In this document: positions 1 through 9,307 of the stretch, piece by piece
How the letters are laid out: each line of letters begins with the position of its first letter
Numbering within the stretch: position 1 is the first letter of the stretch
Assembly: GCA_963662315.1 (NCBI GenBank)
Contig: OY759353.1
Coordinates: 320,001-384,000 of the forward strand
Direction of reading: 5' to 3'
DNA length: 64,000 nt
Source of the DNA: Geopsychrobacteraceae bacterium
Lineage (GTDB): Bacteria; Desulfobacterota; Desulfuromonadia; Desulfuromonadales; Geopsychrobacteraceae
Notes under the pieces: generated by a model
The model's input: the letters and a program-made list of their open reading frames with translations, nothing else
Database searches by the model: none
Told to the model about the DNA's origin: nothing
Translations under genes and position numbers: made by a program

Positions 1-164
1 GCCTTGCTGACATAGGTGACGGTGCTGAGCAGGGTGACGGTCCCCATGAAGATGGTCGTTGTCAGCACCGAGCCGCAACCGCGCTCGGCGGCAACCTTGT
101 AAAGAAAGCGCTGACTGCCGAGCAACAACAGCGCAGCGATGCTGTAGAGATACCAGGTAGCCAT
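1..164 (-). CDS. EamA/DMT-like membrane protein, N-terminal part (runs off window)
   Basis: My translation from the ATG at 164: MATWYLYSIAALLLLGSQRFLYKVAAERGCGSVLTTTIFMGTVTLL. Hydrophobic, DMT-like; not in the ORF track. Confidence 0.6.
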   Translation of the reverse strand, partial: MATWYLYSIAALLLLGSQRFLYKVAAERGCGSVLTTTIFMGTVTLLSTVTYVSK

Positions 165-191
165 AATGATAAAAGTGTCCGGATGAGAATT

Positions 192-304
192 CCTTTTCCC
201 TCTGGGAGAAGGTGCCCAGCGGGCGGATGAGGGAGTTGTGAGACCTTGCCCCTCACCCGGTGTTGCGCACCCCCCCCCCTCTCCCCGTGGGGAGAGGGGG
301 GGGG
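192..304. repeat. Inverted pair of REP-like palindromes (CCCTCTCCC...GGGAGAGGG type)
   Basis: Palindromes CCTTTTCCC-TCT-GGGAGAAGG (192-212) and CCCCTCTCCCC-GT-GGGGAGAGGGG (within 271-304), with inverted GATGAGGG/CCCTCACC arms between them. Confidence 0.65.
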
Positions 305-309
305 AATAG

Positions 310-2346
310 TTAGTCGCGCAAAATCCAGTGGATTACCCGCCGTGGGCCATGGACGCCGACGGTCATGGTCCCTTCGATATCGCCAGTGCGGCTTGGTCCG
401 CTGATCTGGGTTAATCGCGAAGGCATCGGATCTTTCATCTGGGCGAAGTAAGTATTCAGATCCGCCAGCAGTGCTGACTCCGGACTGATACCGACATGCA
501 CCTCAGGCAGTAACGAGGCCAGGGTCCCTTTGCCTGCCGCAGCGGGGAAGATCATCGATCCGGTTTCCGCGATATAGGCAGGACTGTAGGTGATACCCAG
601 ACGCGCGGTGATCAGATCGTCCATGTGCCAGCCGGTGCCGTGAACATTGTCTTCGGTTGCGGCGACGTGGCAATCGGCCTGATCCAGAATGGTTGCGATC
701 TGATCGTGCAGGTCCTGGGGCCAGCCCCGGCTCGGCAATGCGGTGCAGGAGACGGATTCTTCCTGCAACAGGTCGGTGATCAGTTGGGGCAGGTTGGCAC
801 GGCTGATTTCCTTGATTTCAACGCCCAGAGCTCCGGCGCGCTGCTGATAGAGAGCAAACAGCTCTTCAGTGCTTGGCGCTGGTGGAGCTGCGACCGCCTT
901 GGTGGTTGCTTGCTCCGCTGGGGTTTCCAGGCGTTTGAGCTTGGGCCCCTTGCGCTCGGGTTGATGTTGTTGCCACCAGCTACGGAAATCCTGATCGTTT
1001 TTTGGTACCGGAAGTTCCCGGCAACTTGACCAGTTGGCCGCGCTTTTGTTCAATTTCGGCAGCATCCCTGCGATGGTCTGGGCACGCAGGACACGGCGTA
1101 AACTGTGAACCCCACGCCGATAAGCAAACGGTTTGGTGGCCATCCGCGCGGCAAGGGTGGATGCAGTGTTCGGTTGCTGGCTACGGTTACGCAGCGTGCG
1201 GTGGTATTCCGGCAGGGGAATTTTCACGGCACATACCTCGGCACAGCGACCGCACAGGGTACAGGCATTGGCCAGGTCGGGGTAGATGGTATCCCCCCAG
1301 ATCAGTGATGACAGGATTGTCCCCATGGGGCCCGAATAGGGGGATTCATAGGCATGGCCACCAACCGCATTATAAACCGGGCAATGGTTAAGGCAGCTGC
1401 CACAGTGCAGGCAATGCAGAATTTCGCGCCACGGGCTGGCCGAAATGCTGGTCCGGCCATTATCCAGCAGGACGACGTGCAGCTCTTCGGGGCCTTCTGT
1501 TTCGCCGGGACGCCGTGGTCCGGTGGTCATGCTGATATAGCTGGATGCCCGCTGTCCAGTGGCTGAACAGGTGAGCAACGACAGAAAGTCGGGCAGGTCG
1601 GCTAGGGTCGGTATAATCTTTTCCATGCCGACCAGAGCGACATGAACCGGAGGGAGGGAGGTGCACATGCGGCCGTTCCCCTCGTTGGTCACCAGAGCGA
1701 TGGTCCCGGTATCGGCCACGGCAAAGTTGCAGCCGGTAATCCCCATACCGGCGTCCAGAAAACGATGCCGCAGAACCTTACGGGCAAAGCGCACCATTCC
1801 TTCAACATCAAGATTGTTCGGCGCTCCCAGTTTTTCGGCAAACAGGTGGCGTACTTCATCCTGATTACGGTGAATGGCCGGTGCCAGAATGTGGGATGGA
1901 TGCTCTCCGGCCAGCTGAATGATAAATTCACCCAGATCGGTCTCGGTAACTTCAACACCGACGGCCTGCAGAACCTGGTTAAGGCCGACCTCTTCCGTGG
2001 TCATCGATTTTGATTTGACCGCCGTCTGGATACCGCGGTTGCGGGCGATCTGAGTAATAATCTGTCCGGCTTCGGTGGCGTCTTTAGCGCGGTGTACAAC
2101 GCCGCCAAGGGCTTCGACCTTGGCGCTGAATTTTCCGGCCCAGTGTTCAAGGTTGCCGGATACCGGCAACTTGCGGAAGCGGCCCCAGGCGCGCAGATCC
2201 TCAAAGCCTGGTTTGGTGCTGATGGTATTGGCGCGCATGCGGGCCAACAGGCCGGCTGTTTTACGCACCGCAGCCTGCAGCCGTTTGTTGGGAATAGCTT
2301 GCGCGCTGCTGTCACGAAAGTTATGACGAATGACTGATCTCTTCAT
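310..2346 (-). CDS. lutB: Lactate utilisation protein LutB fused to a C-terminal LutC (LUD) domain
   Basis: VKSKSMTTEE, ETDLGE, NEGNGR and two ferredoxin motifs (CLHCGSCLNHCP, CTLCGRCAEVC). C-terminal LUD signature ISGPSRTGDIEGTMTVGVHGP. Confidence 0.9.
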   Translation of the reverse strand: MKRSVIRHNFRDSSAQAIPNKRLQAAVRKTAGLLARMRANTISTKPGFEDLRAWGRFRKLPVSGNLEHWAGKFSAKVEALGGVVHRAKDATEAGQIITQIARNRGIQTAVKSKSMTTEEVGLNQVLQAVGVEVTETDLGEFIIQLAGEHPSHILAPAIHRNQDEVRHLFAEKLGAPNNLDVEGMVRFARKVLRHRFLDAGMGITGCNFAVADTGTIALVTNEGNGRMCTSLPPVHVALVGMEKIIPTLADLPDFLSLLTCSATGQRASSYISMTTGPRRPGETEGPEELHVVLLDNGRTSISASPWREILHCLHCGSCLNHCPVYNAVGGHAYESPYSGPMGTILSSLIWGDTIYPDLANACTLCGRCAEVCAVKIPLPEYHRTLRNRSQQPNTASTLAARMATKPFAYRRGVHSLRRVLRAQTIAGMLPKLNKSAANWSSCRELPVPKNDQDFRSWWQQHQPERKGPKLKRLETPAEQATTKAVAAPPAPSTEELFALYQQRAGALGVEIKEISRANLPQLITDLLQEESVSCTALPSRGWPQDLHDQIATILDQADCHVAATEDNVHGTGWHMDDLITARLGITYSPAYIAETGSMIFPAAAGKGTLASLLPEVHVGISPESALLADLNTYFAQMKDPMPSRLTQISGPSRTGDIEGTMTVGVHGPRRVIHWILRD

Positions 2347-3092
2347 TATTTCGCTCCTTCCAGGGCTTCGGCAATCAACTCTGAAATGTGGGCGAAACGT
2401 AGCGCGTGCCCCTGTTTTTTGGCCCCGCCTGCCAGGTGAGTCATACAGCTTAAGTCGAGGGCGGTCACGGTTTCTGCTCCGGTACTGATAATATTGTCCA
2501 GTTTGTCCTGGAGCAGCTGACCTGACACTTCCGGCAGCTTGACCGAGAAGGTTCCACCAAAGCCGCAGCAGGTGTCGGCATCGGGCAGTTCAATGAATTT
2601 GTCACCGAGGAGCTGGCGCAGGTATTTTTCGGCAACGCCACGCAGCCCGATACCACGCAGGGTTGAACAGGTCGAATGATAGGTCGTCTTGACCGGAGCC
2701 GGGTGCGTAGGCAGATCGTGGACTCCGGCTTTGTCGAGGAACTCGCAGAATTCATAGGTTTTCTGCCCCATGGCGACAAAGCGGCCGTGCAGCTCCGGAT
2801 CATCGACAAACAGATCAGGATAGTTGTTTCTGATGGTATTGACACATGAAGAACTGGGGGCGACGATCACCTCGGCACTTTCAAAGACCTTGAGAAAATG
2901 GCGGGCCATCATTCGGGCTTCCTTGGTTTCGTTGGTATTGATCCATTTCTGGCCGCAGCAAGTCTGATCCTGACGGAATTCAACGGTAAAACCGGCCGCT
3001 TCCAGAACTTTAACGCAGGCCTTGCCAACGGCTGGATAGAGGGCTTCGGCAGAGCAGGTCAGAAATAATGAAACACGGTAGGGGAAGGACAT
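2346..3092 (-). CDS. lutA: Lactate utilisation protein LutA (CCG-domain Fe-S protein)
   Basis: Two CCG motifs (QTCCGQ, TCCGFGGTFSVK); stop overlaps the lutB start. Confidence 0.9.
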   Translation of the reverse strand: MSFPYRVSLFLTCSAEALYPAVGKACVKVLEAAGFTVEFRQDQTCCGQKWINTNETKEARMMARHFLKVFESAEVIVAPSSSCVNTIRNNYPDLFVDDPELHGRFVAMGQKTYEFCEFLDKAGVHDLPTHPAPVKTTYHSTCSTLRGIGLRGVAEKYLRQLLGDKFIELPDADTCCGFGGTFSVKLPEVSGQLLQDKLDNIISTGAETVTALDLSCMTHLAGGAKKQGHALRFAHISELIAEALEGAK

Positions 3093-3107
3093 ACTTAATA
3101 CTCCAGA

Positions 3108-4376
3108 CTAAAGTACCGAGGCGACGTAGGGACCTTCGGGGACAACGTAAATGGTGTCACTTTGAGCACACAGTTCACTCAGGGTCTGATCCAGGTTGGT
3201 TACCAGGGTAATGCCAAACGGATCGACCTGTTCCTGGTTCAGATTTGGTGAGTAGAGCAGAATGCGACCAGCCCGTTCAAGGGTTTGAAAATAGACCTGT
3301 GCTCCCCACTGGTCAACCACGAAATTGGCGGGATCACTGTAAATGTTGCGAAATTCGGCTGGTGACCCTTTGGCGCTGGCGATGATTTTGCGGTAGCTTT
3401 GACTGCCGAGACCTTCGCTGCTGCCGGATATGAGCAAAATGGTGCCGCCGGGACGGACGATTTCCCCTGCTGCTATCAGTCCTTTGGTCGACTGGTAGAA
3501 GGTGGCATCAAGAGGGTAGCCGCCACCACTGGTAATGACCAGATCTGCCGGTTTGCCGACATGCACGACGGCATTGTGTTCGGCAACCTGACATCCGGCG
3601 TTAAACGCTTGTATGACATCACCGGCAAACACATGGGTCGGTTGTTTGGCGTGGTCGACAATGACATTGACGATAAAATCAACACCGGCCTGGGCGCAAA
3701 TACTGTCGACGTGATGACGGAAAGGATTGTGCGTGACCTTGGCCGTGGCGACATCAGGATGGTCGACCAGGGCAAAGGAGTGCATGAACTTCATCGATTC
3801 AAAACTGCTGATACCGGGCAGGATCGACTTCCCGCCACCGGAAAATCCGGCAAACGGGTGCGGCTCAATCAGCCCGGTAAGAATTTTCAGGTCCGCATCA
3901 AGGTAGTGCTGATTCACCTCAATCGGATGACCGTCGATGGTCATGACCTGGCGCAAGGTGGTACGCTCTTCACAGTCGTGATTGATGATCCGGTAGCTGG
4001 CCGCAATCTCAGCGCCGACCAGTTCGACCAGTTCGTTCCCCAGGTTGGGGCGGTGCATACCGGTGGCGATGAGCAGGGTTATCGCCTCGTGTGCAATGCC
4101 TGCGGCCTGAAGGGTGGCCAGCATGGGGGGGAGCAGCAGCTTGTTGGGGACCGGTCGGGTGATATCGGAGATGACAATACAGGCTGATCGCTTCCCTCTG
4201 GCCAGGTCGGCCAGCGGGGCCGTGCCGATGGGGGACTGCAGCGCCGCACTGATGGCGTCAGCGCCAATCACTGGTGCCGCATGATTGGCTGTAGCTATGG
4301 TTTTTACGCGCGGACTGGCCGCCTGATCAAAACGAATGGTGACCTTGTCACGGTGGCAGGGAATGTCGATCTTCAT
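3108..4376 (-). CDS. larA: Nickel-pincer-dependent lactate racemase family protein
   Basis: ISDITRPVP, ATGMHR, EPHPFAGFSGGGKSILPG and GGYPLDATFYQ motifs. Confidence 0.88.
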   Translation of the reverse strand: MKIDIPCHRDKVTIRFDQAASPRVKTIATANHAAPVIGADAISAALQSPIGTAPLADLARGKRSACIVISDITRPVPNKLLLPPMLATLQAAGIAHEAITLLIATGMHRPNLGNELVELVGAEIAASYRIINHDCEERTTLRQVMTIDGHPIEVNQHYLDADLKILTGLIEPHPFAGFSGGGKSILPGISSFESMKFMHSFALVDHPDVATAKVTHNPFRHHVDSICAQAGVDFIVNVIVDHAKQPTHVFAGDVIQAFNAGCQVAEHNAVVHVGKPADLVITSGGGYPLDATFYQSTKGLIAAGEIVRPGGTILLISGSSEGLGSQSYRKIIASAKGSPAEFRNIYSDPANFVVDQWGAQVYFQTLERAGRILLYSPNLNQEQVDPFGITLVTNLDQTLSELCAQSDTIYVVPEGPYVASVL

Positions 4377-4383
4377 GACGATC

Positions 4384-5661
4384 TTACCTCAAAAACAGCC
4401 TGGGGAGCAGCAACGACAGGTCTGGGATATAGGTTACCAGCAGCAGACAGCTGATCAGCAGCAGCAAAAACGGCAGCACGCCCCTGACCACGGTCCGCAT
4501 GTTTTCACCGGTAACCCCCATGGACACGAACAGGTTGAGTCCAAACGGCGGGGTCAGCATGCCGAACTCAATATTCAGCACCATGATAATGCCAAAATGG
4601 ACCAGATCGATATGATAGCCGGTCAGGGTATCAAGGAACAGGGGTGATAAAATCAGCACGGCGCTGACGCTGTCCATGAAACAGCCGAGGACCAGTAAGA
4701 ACAGGTTGATGACGAGCAGGAACAGCCAGGGACTGTGGATGTGCTCCATGACCAGACGGGCAACCATGGCCGGAATCTCTTCCGCTGTCAGCAGCCAGTT
4801 GAACGTCATGGCTCCTGCGAGCAGGAACAACAGGCACGAGGCCATAATGGATGATTCTTTACAAATGCCGGGAATCTCCCAGATGGTACATTCACGGTAA
4901 ATGACCAGCTCGACGAACAGGGCGTAGACAACGCTGATGGCGGCGGCTTCTGTCGGGGTGAAAATTCCTGAGTAGATACCCCCCAGGACCACGACCGGCA
5001 GCAGGATGGCCCAGAATCCTTCCGTGCCGGTTTTTACGACTTCCGCCCACGATGGCTTATGGTCAATTTTCCAGCCATGCTTGCGGGCACGGGTATAGGT
5101 GTAGGCGATCAAGACGGTGCCGATGAGCAGGCCGGGCAGAATTCCGGCCATGAACATTTCAGCAACAGAAACGTTCATTACCAAACAATAAAGAATCATC
5201 GGAATCGATGGCGGGATGACAATTCCAAGCGAGCCCGAGGTGGTGATCAGACCAATGGCAAAGCGCTTATGGTAGCCAGCCTGAATCAGGGCCGGAACCA
5301 TGATGGAGCCGATGGCGACGACAGTCGCCGGGCCCGAACCGGAGATGGCGGCAAAAAATATGCAGGCCAACACCCCGGAAATGCCCAGTCCGCCCGGAAT
5401 CCAGCCGACCAGGGAGTTGATGAAGGCAATCAGCCGCTTGGCAATGGCACCTTTGGTCATGATCGACCCGGCCAGCACGAAAAACGGAATGGCGAGCAGG
5501 ACAAAAGAATCAAGGGAGTTGAACAGCTGCTCGACAACGGCCTGGAGTGGCGTCCAGGAAAAGAAATGCAGGGCCAGCATTGTGACAATGACCAGCATGA
5601 AAGCTAGTGGTACCCCGGCCAGCATCAGGGTGGCAAAGCTGCAGATAATGGCGGTCATCAT
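4384..5661 (-). CDS. dctM: TRAP transporter large permease DctM
   Basis: LAIPFFVLAG, AAISGSGPAT, IPPSIPMI, TPTEAA and TPPFGLNLF motifs. Confidence 0.92.
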   Translation of the reverse strand: MMTAIICSFATLMLAGVPLAFMLVIVTMLALHFFSWTPLQAVVEQLFNSLDSFVLLAIPFFVLAGSIMTKGAIAKRLIAFINSLVGWIPGGLGISGVLACIFFAAISGSGPATVVAIGSIMVPALIQAGYHKRFAIGLITTSGSLGIVIPPSIPMILYCLVMNVSVAEMFMAGILPGLLIGTVLIAYTYTRARKHGWKIDHKPSWAEVVKTGTEGFWAILLPVVVLGGIYSGIFTPTEAAAISVVYALFVELVIYRECTIWEIPGICKESSIMASCLLFLLAGAMTFNWLLTAEEIPAMVARLVMEHIHSPWLFLLVINLFLLVLGCFMDSVSAVLILSPLFLDTLTGYHIDLVHFGIIMVLNIEFGMLTPPFGLNLFVSMGVTGENMRTVVRGVLPFLLLLISCLLLVTYIPDLSLLLPRLFLR

Positions 5662-6155
5662 GATGGCTGACCTCCACCGGCTGGGGATTTACCAAGCAGC
5701 GCGAGTAGCGCAATGCGATAAAAGCGCAGGGCCATAATCGTGGCAAAAAAAGGTATGGGCAGGTAGGCGATATACATGGGCATCTGCATGGCGGCTGAGG
5801 TGTTGCCGAAGGTGTAATTGTTCTGAACCAGCGCAAAACCGTGATAGGCAAGCAGTAGCATCGCACTGCCGCACAGCAGTCCGATCAGCAGTTGCAGAAG
5901 ACGTCGTACTTGTGGTGCTGCATTGCTGACCAGCAGGTCCATAGCAAAGTGACTGGCGTATTTAACGCCCAGTCCGGCTCCGAGGAAGGTGGCAAAAATA
6001 CCGACATAACGGCCGGCTTCTTCAAACCAGGTAAAGCTGATGTCCAGGACATAGCGACAGAATACCTGAACAACGGCGACCAGAGCCAGACTCAGAAAGG
6101 TCAGGCTCAGGGTTAGTTCCTCGGTTTTCGCGAGAATCGTTAAAATGCGCTTCAT
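5658..6155 (-). CDS. dctQ: TRAP transporter small permease DctQ
   Basis: Four TM segments with QVFCRY and WFEE motifs; start placed at ATG 6155 after a GGAG RBS. Confidence 0.88.
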   Translation of the reverse strand: MKRILTILAKTEELTLSLTFLSLALVAVVQVFCRYVLDISFTWFEEAGRYVGIFATFLGAGLGVKYASHFAMDLLVSNAAPQVRRLLQLLIGLLCGSAMLLLAYHGFALVQNNYTFGNTSAAMQMPMYIAYLPIPFFATIMALRFYRIALLALLGKSPAGGGQPS

Positions 6156-6179
6156 TACCGCTCCAGCCAAACATGCCAA

Positions 6180-6204
6180 AGGGAGGGGTGAATTACCCCT
6201 CCCT
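6180..6204. promoter_or_regulatory. Intercistronic hairpin between dctP and dctQ
   Basis: AGGGAGGGGT-GAATT-ACCCCTCCCT perfect inverted repeat. Confidence 0.55.
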
Positions 6205-6287
6205 CAATGAAATTGAATCGTATACGTAATTGACGCCAACGGCGTGAAGCCGCTGGCGCTTATGTGTCTGCAATAAACGGGTGCTAT

Positions 6288-7310
6288 TTATTGCTTATGC
6301 TCGGTGATTTTGGCAAGCATAAAATCGAATATATCGTCACCGATAACGCCACGGTACTTATCCCACACCGGAATCATGGCTTTACGGAATTCTTCCCGTT
6401 CGGCATCGGTCAGATTGACAATATCAACACCTTTCTGCTTGCAGTATTCTTCGATGGAAATACCGAGCTGCGGCAGGTTCCTTTTGATCTCAGCGCTGCG
6501 TTCGCGGTTGACCTTGATTGCGATATCGGCAGCGTCACGGAAGATCTGCTGATATTCGGGGCTTAGGCGGTTCCAGAAGGCCGGATTGACCAGGATAATA
6601 CATTCGGTCAGTGCATGCTGAGTATTGGTGACATATTTGGTGACTTCCGGGAATTTCATCAGTACGGCAGTCATCAGCGGATTTTCCTGGGCATCGATAG
6701 TGCCAGTCTGCAGTGCGGTGTAGACTTCGGTAAAGGGAATGCCGACGGTTGATGCTCCCAGTTGGTTGAAGGTATCGAGGTAAGCAGGCGATTGCATAAC
6801 CCGTACTTTCAGACCTTTGATGTCGGCAGGGGTACGCACCGGACGCTTGGTGTTGGAAAAATCACGAATCTCATTTTCGACCCAACCAATACCGACATAG
6901 CCTTTTTTCGGCAGGTAAGAAAAAATTTTGTCTTTTACCGCCTGATCGTCCAGCACTGCGTAAGCTGTCGCACGATTCGGGAACAGGAACGGCATATCAA
7001 GGATAGCGACTTCGGGAACAAAGTTCTGCAGCACTGCGGTGGTTACAGCAGCAATCTGCAGGCTGCCGGACTGAACCTGGGATGCCATGGAGCGTTCGTT
7101 GCCAAGCTGTCCCTGGGGAAAGGTTGCAATGTCGATTTTGCCGTTGGTCTTTTCGCGAACGTAATCAGCAAATGCATCGATCCCTTTTGACATACCGTGA
7201 AAGGTCGGCGCAATATGGCCAAATTTTACTTTCGCCGCAAGAGTGGTTGTCGGAAGGGATGCGACAATTAGCAGGGCAACGAGGCAACCAAGCAATCTCT
7301 TCATAATCAT
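6288..7310 (-). CDS. dctP: TRAP substrate-binding protein DctP
   Basis: Signal peptide; GLKVRVM, EVYTALQTGTIDAQENP motifs. Confidence 0.92.
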   Translation of the reverse strand: MIMKRLLGCLVALLIVASLPTTTLAAKVKFGHIAPTFHGMSKGIDAFADYVREKTNGKIDIATFPQGQLGNERSMASQVQSGSLQIAAVTTAVLQNFVPEVAILDMPFLFPNRATAYAVLDDQAVKDKIFSYLPKKGYVGIGWVENEIRDFSNTKRPVRTPADIKGLKVRVMQSPAYLDTFNQLGASTVGIPFTEVYTALQTGTIDAQENPLMTAVLMKFPEVTKYVTNTQHALTECIILVNPAFWNRLSPEYQQIFRDAADIAIKVNRERSAEIKRNLPQLGISIEEYCKQKGVDIVNLTDAEREEFRKAMIPVWDKYRGVIGDDIFDFMLAKITEHKQ

Positions 7311-7664
7311 GATCTCCTGAAATTAAATAATGAACACCGCAAGCAGCCATTGCTATGCGCTACAAAAAACAAGACACTATTCCATGAGCATCAATTCCCC
7401 GCATGACACCCACTGTTTGGTGGTAGTAAACGTGGTTTTGGTGCGCTGAAAAACTATGTGAGTTCAGGGGCTTGCAAGATAATATGGCGAGTGCGGGCTG
7501 TCAAGATACTTTGCCTTTCATGCTGGTATTTGGTGCGATAAAACCGGTCGCAGGGGACGATGAAAACATTGCCAGAGAGGTGTTGTCATTGTTATGTTGA
7601 CGTTCGGTAGAGACGCACCTGTGACGGGTATTGAAGAGCTGCCGATGAAAAGGATGATTGCTGT

Positions 7665-9032
7665 ATGGGCAAGAGAGCTGAAGCCGGTTCTGTGACCGAG
7701 ACGATTCTGGAAAGCATTTCCGACGGTGTCTTCACTGTAGATAACCAGTGGCATATTACCTCGTTTAACCGGGCTGCGGAGGAAATTACCGGGGTGCCGC
7801 GCAGCGAGGCCATCGGGAGGCGCTGTGCGGAAGTTTTCCGGTCCAATATGTGTGACGGCGAATGCCCGTTGCGTCAGACCTTGGAGAGTGGCAAGCCACA
7901 GATCGGCACAGCAGGTTATATGATCAATGCCAAAGGCAAGCCCGTTTCCATCAGTGTTTCAACCGCAGTTTTGAGAGATCGTGACGGGAAGATCATGGGT
8001 GGTGCCGAGACGTTTCGGGATTTGACCGAAATCGAAGCGCTGCGTCAGGAACTGGCCGGACGTCATCGTCTGGGCGAGTTAATCAGCCGCAGTCCGCAGA
8101 TGCATCGCGTTTTCGAAATATTACCGGCCATTGCAGCCAGTCCAAGTACGGTGATGATCTTGGGTGAAACGGGGACCGGCAAAGAACTGGTCGCTCGTGC
8201 GATTCATTCCATGAGTTCGCGCAAAGGACCTTTTGTGGCGTTAAATTGTGCCGCCTTGCCCGATACCCTGCTGGAATCGGAGCTGTTTGGTTATAAAGCC
8301 GGGGCGTTTACCGGCGCTTTCAAAGATAAACCGGGGCGCTTTGCCATGGCGCGCGGCGGGACGATTTTTCTTGATGAGATCGGTGAAATCAGTTCCGCTT
8401 TGCAAGTCCGGCTGTTGCGGGTCCTGCAGGAGCGCACCTTTGAACCGCTTGGGTCCAACCGCCCGGAAACCACCGACGCTCGCGTGGTGGTGGCCACCAA
8501 TCGTGATCTGATGGCCTTGATCGGGAAAAAGATGTTCCGTGAAGACCTTTATTACCGGATCAATGTTATGCAGCTTGAGCTGCCGCCGCTGCGCCAGCGT
8601 AAGGAAGATATTCCTTTACTGGTTGAGCAGTTTATTGCCCGCTTTAATAAGTTGCAGGGTAAGCAGGTGCGGGGCATTTCCCCTGAGGCTCTGGCGCTGC
8701 TCATGGCGCACCGTTGGCCGGGTAACATCCGTGAACTTGAAAACGTTATTGAAAGAGCTTTTATCCTCTGTGGTGATGCTGCCATTGATATGGCCCATCT
8801 GCCTGCTGAACTGACGATGTTTGCCGCCACCGATCATCAGGACGGAACAATGCGCATGGCCCATGACACCCTTGACTCGCAGGCGATTCAGGCAGCCCTG
8901 AAGCGGAATCAATACAACCGGTTGGCGACCGCCCGGGAGCTCGGTATCCATAAAACCACGCTGTTTCGTAAAATCAAAAAGCTCGGGATTAATCTTCCCG
9001 GGCGCGACGGACGCCACAAAGAGTCACTGTGA
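7665..9032 (+). CDS. Sigma54-dependent activator, PAS-AAA+-Fis HTH, OrpR-like
   Basis: [22 protein letters not shown] and a C-terminal HTH. The PAS domain carries C-X8-C-X3-C ([14 protein letters not shown]). Confidence 0.9.
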   Translation: MGKRAEAGSVTETILESISDGVFTVDNQWHITSFNRAAEEITGVPRSEAIGRRCAEVFRSNMCDGECPLRQTLESGKPQIGTAGYMINAKGKPVSISVSTAVLRDRDGKIMGGAETFRDLTEIEALRQELAGRHRLGELISRSPQMHRVFEILPAIAASPSTVMILGETGTGKELVARAIHSMSSRKGPFVALNCAALPDTLLESELFGYKAGAFTGAFKDKPGRFAMARGGTIFLDEIGEISSALQVRLLRVLQERTFEPLGSNRPETTDARVVVATNRDLMALIGKKMFREDLYYRINVMQLELPPLRQRKEDIPLLVEQFIARFNKLQGKQVRGISPEALALLMAHRWPGNIRELENVIERAFILCGDAAIDMAHLPAELTMFAATDHQDGTMRMAHDTLDSQAIQAALKRNQYNRLATARELGIHKTTLFRKIKKLGINLPGRDGRHKESL

Positions 9033-9063
9033 GCCCTTCTCTTCAGCGCAGCTGTTTTGCAGG

Positions 9064-9113
9064 GTAGCTGATTTGCTACTCTTGTCATGGCAGTGGAGTA
9101 GCGGGCATGCTAC
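9064..9113. promoter_or_regulatory. Two GTAGC-N6-GCTAC palindromes, candidate activator binding sites
   Basis: GTAGCTGATTTGCTAC (9064-9079) and GTAGCGGGCATGCTAC (9098-9113), about 90-140 bp upstream of a sigma54 promoter. Confidence 0.6.
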
Positions 9114-9127
9114 TCCACTGTTTTTTT
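9091..9127 (+). terminator. Intrinsic terminator after the activator gene
   Basis: CAGTGGAGTAGC-N6-GCTACTCCACTG stem followed by a T run. Confidence 0.7.
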
Positions 9128-9200
9128 ATCTTCTTATTTATAGCGTAAAAAATAACACAATTCTCATGGCTTGGAACTGTTTTTCCGCTTGGTGCCCGAT

Positions 9201-9216
9201 TGGTCCGTCTTTTGCT
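9201..9216 (+). promoter_or_regulatory. Sigma54 (-24/-12) promoter
   Basis: TGGTCCGTCTTTTGCT = GG-N10-GC, upstream of the 9308 start. Confidence 0.65.
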
Positions 9217-9307
9217 GAGTCATAACAGATAGATTCTTTAAAACTCGTTATGATGGTTTATTTGCTGTGGGGACGCTGCAGCAGTGCACTGCCAGGAGGT
9301 TTGGTTT

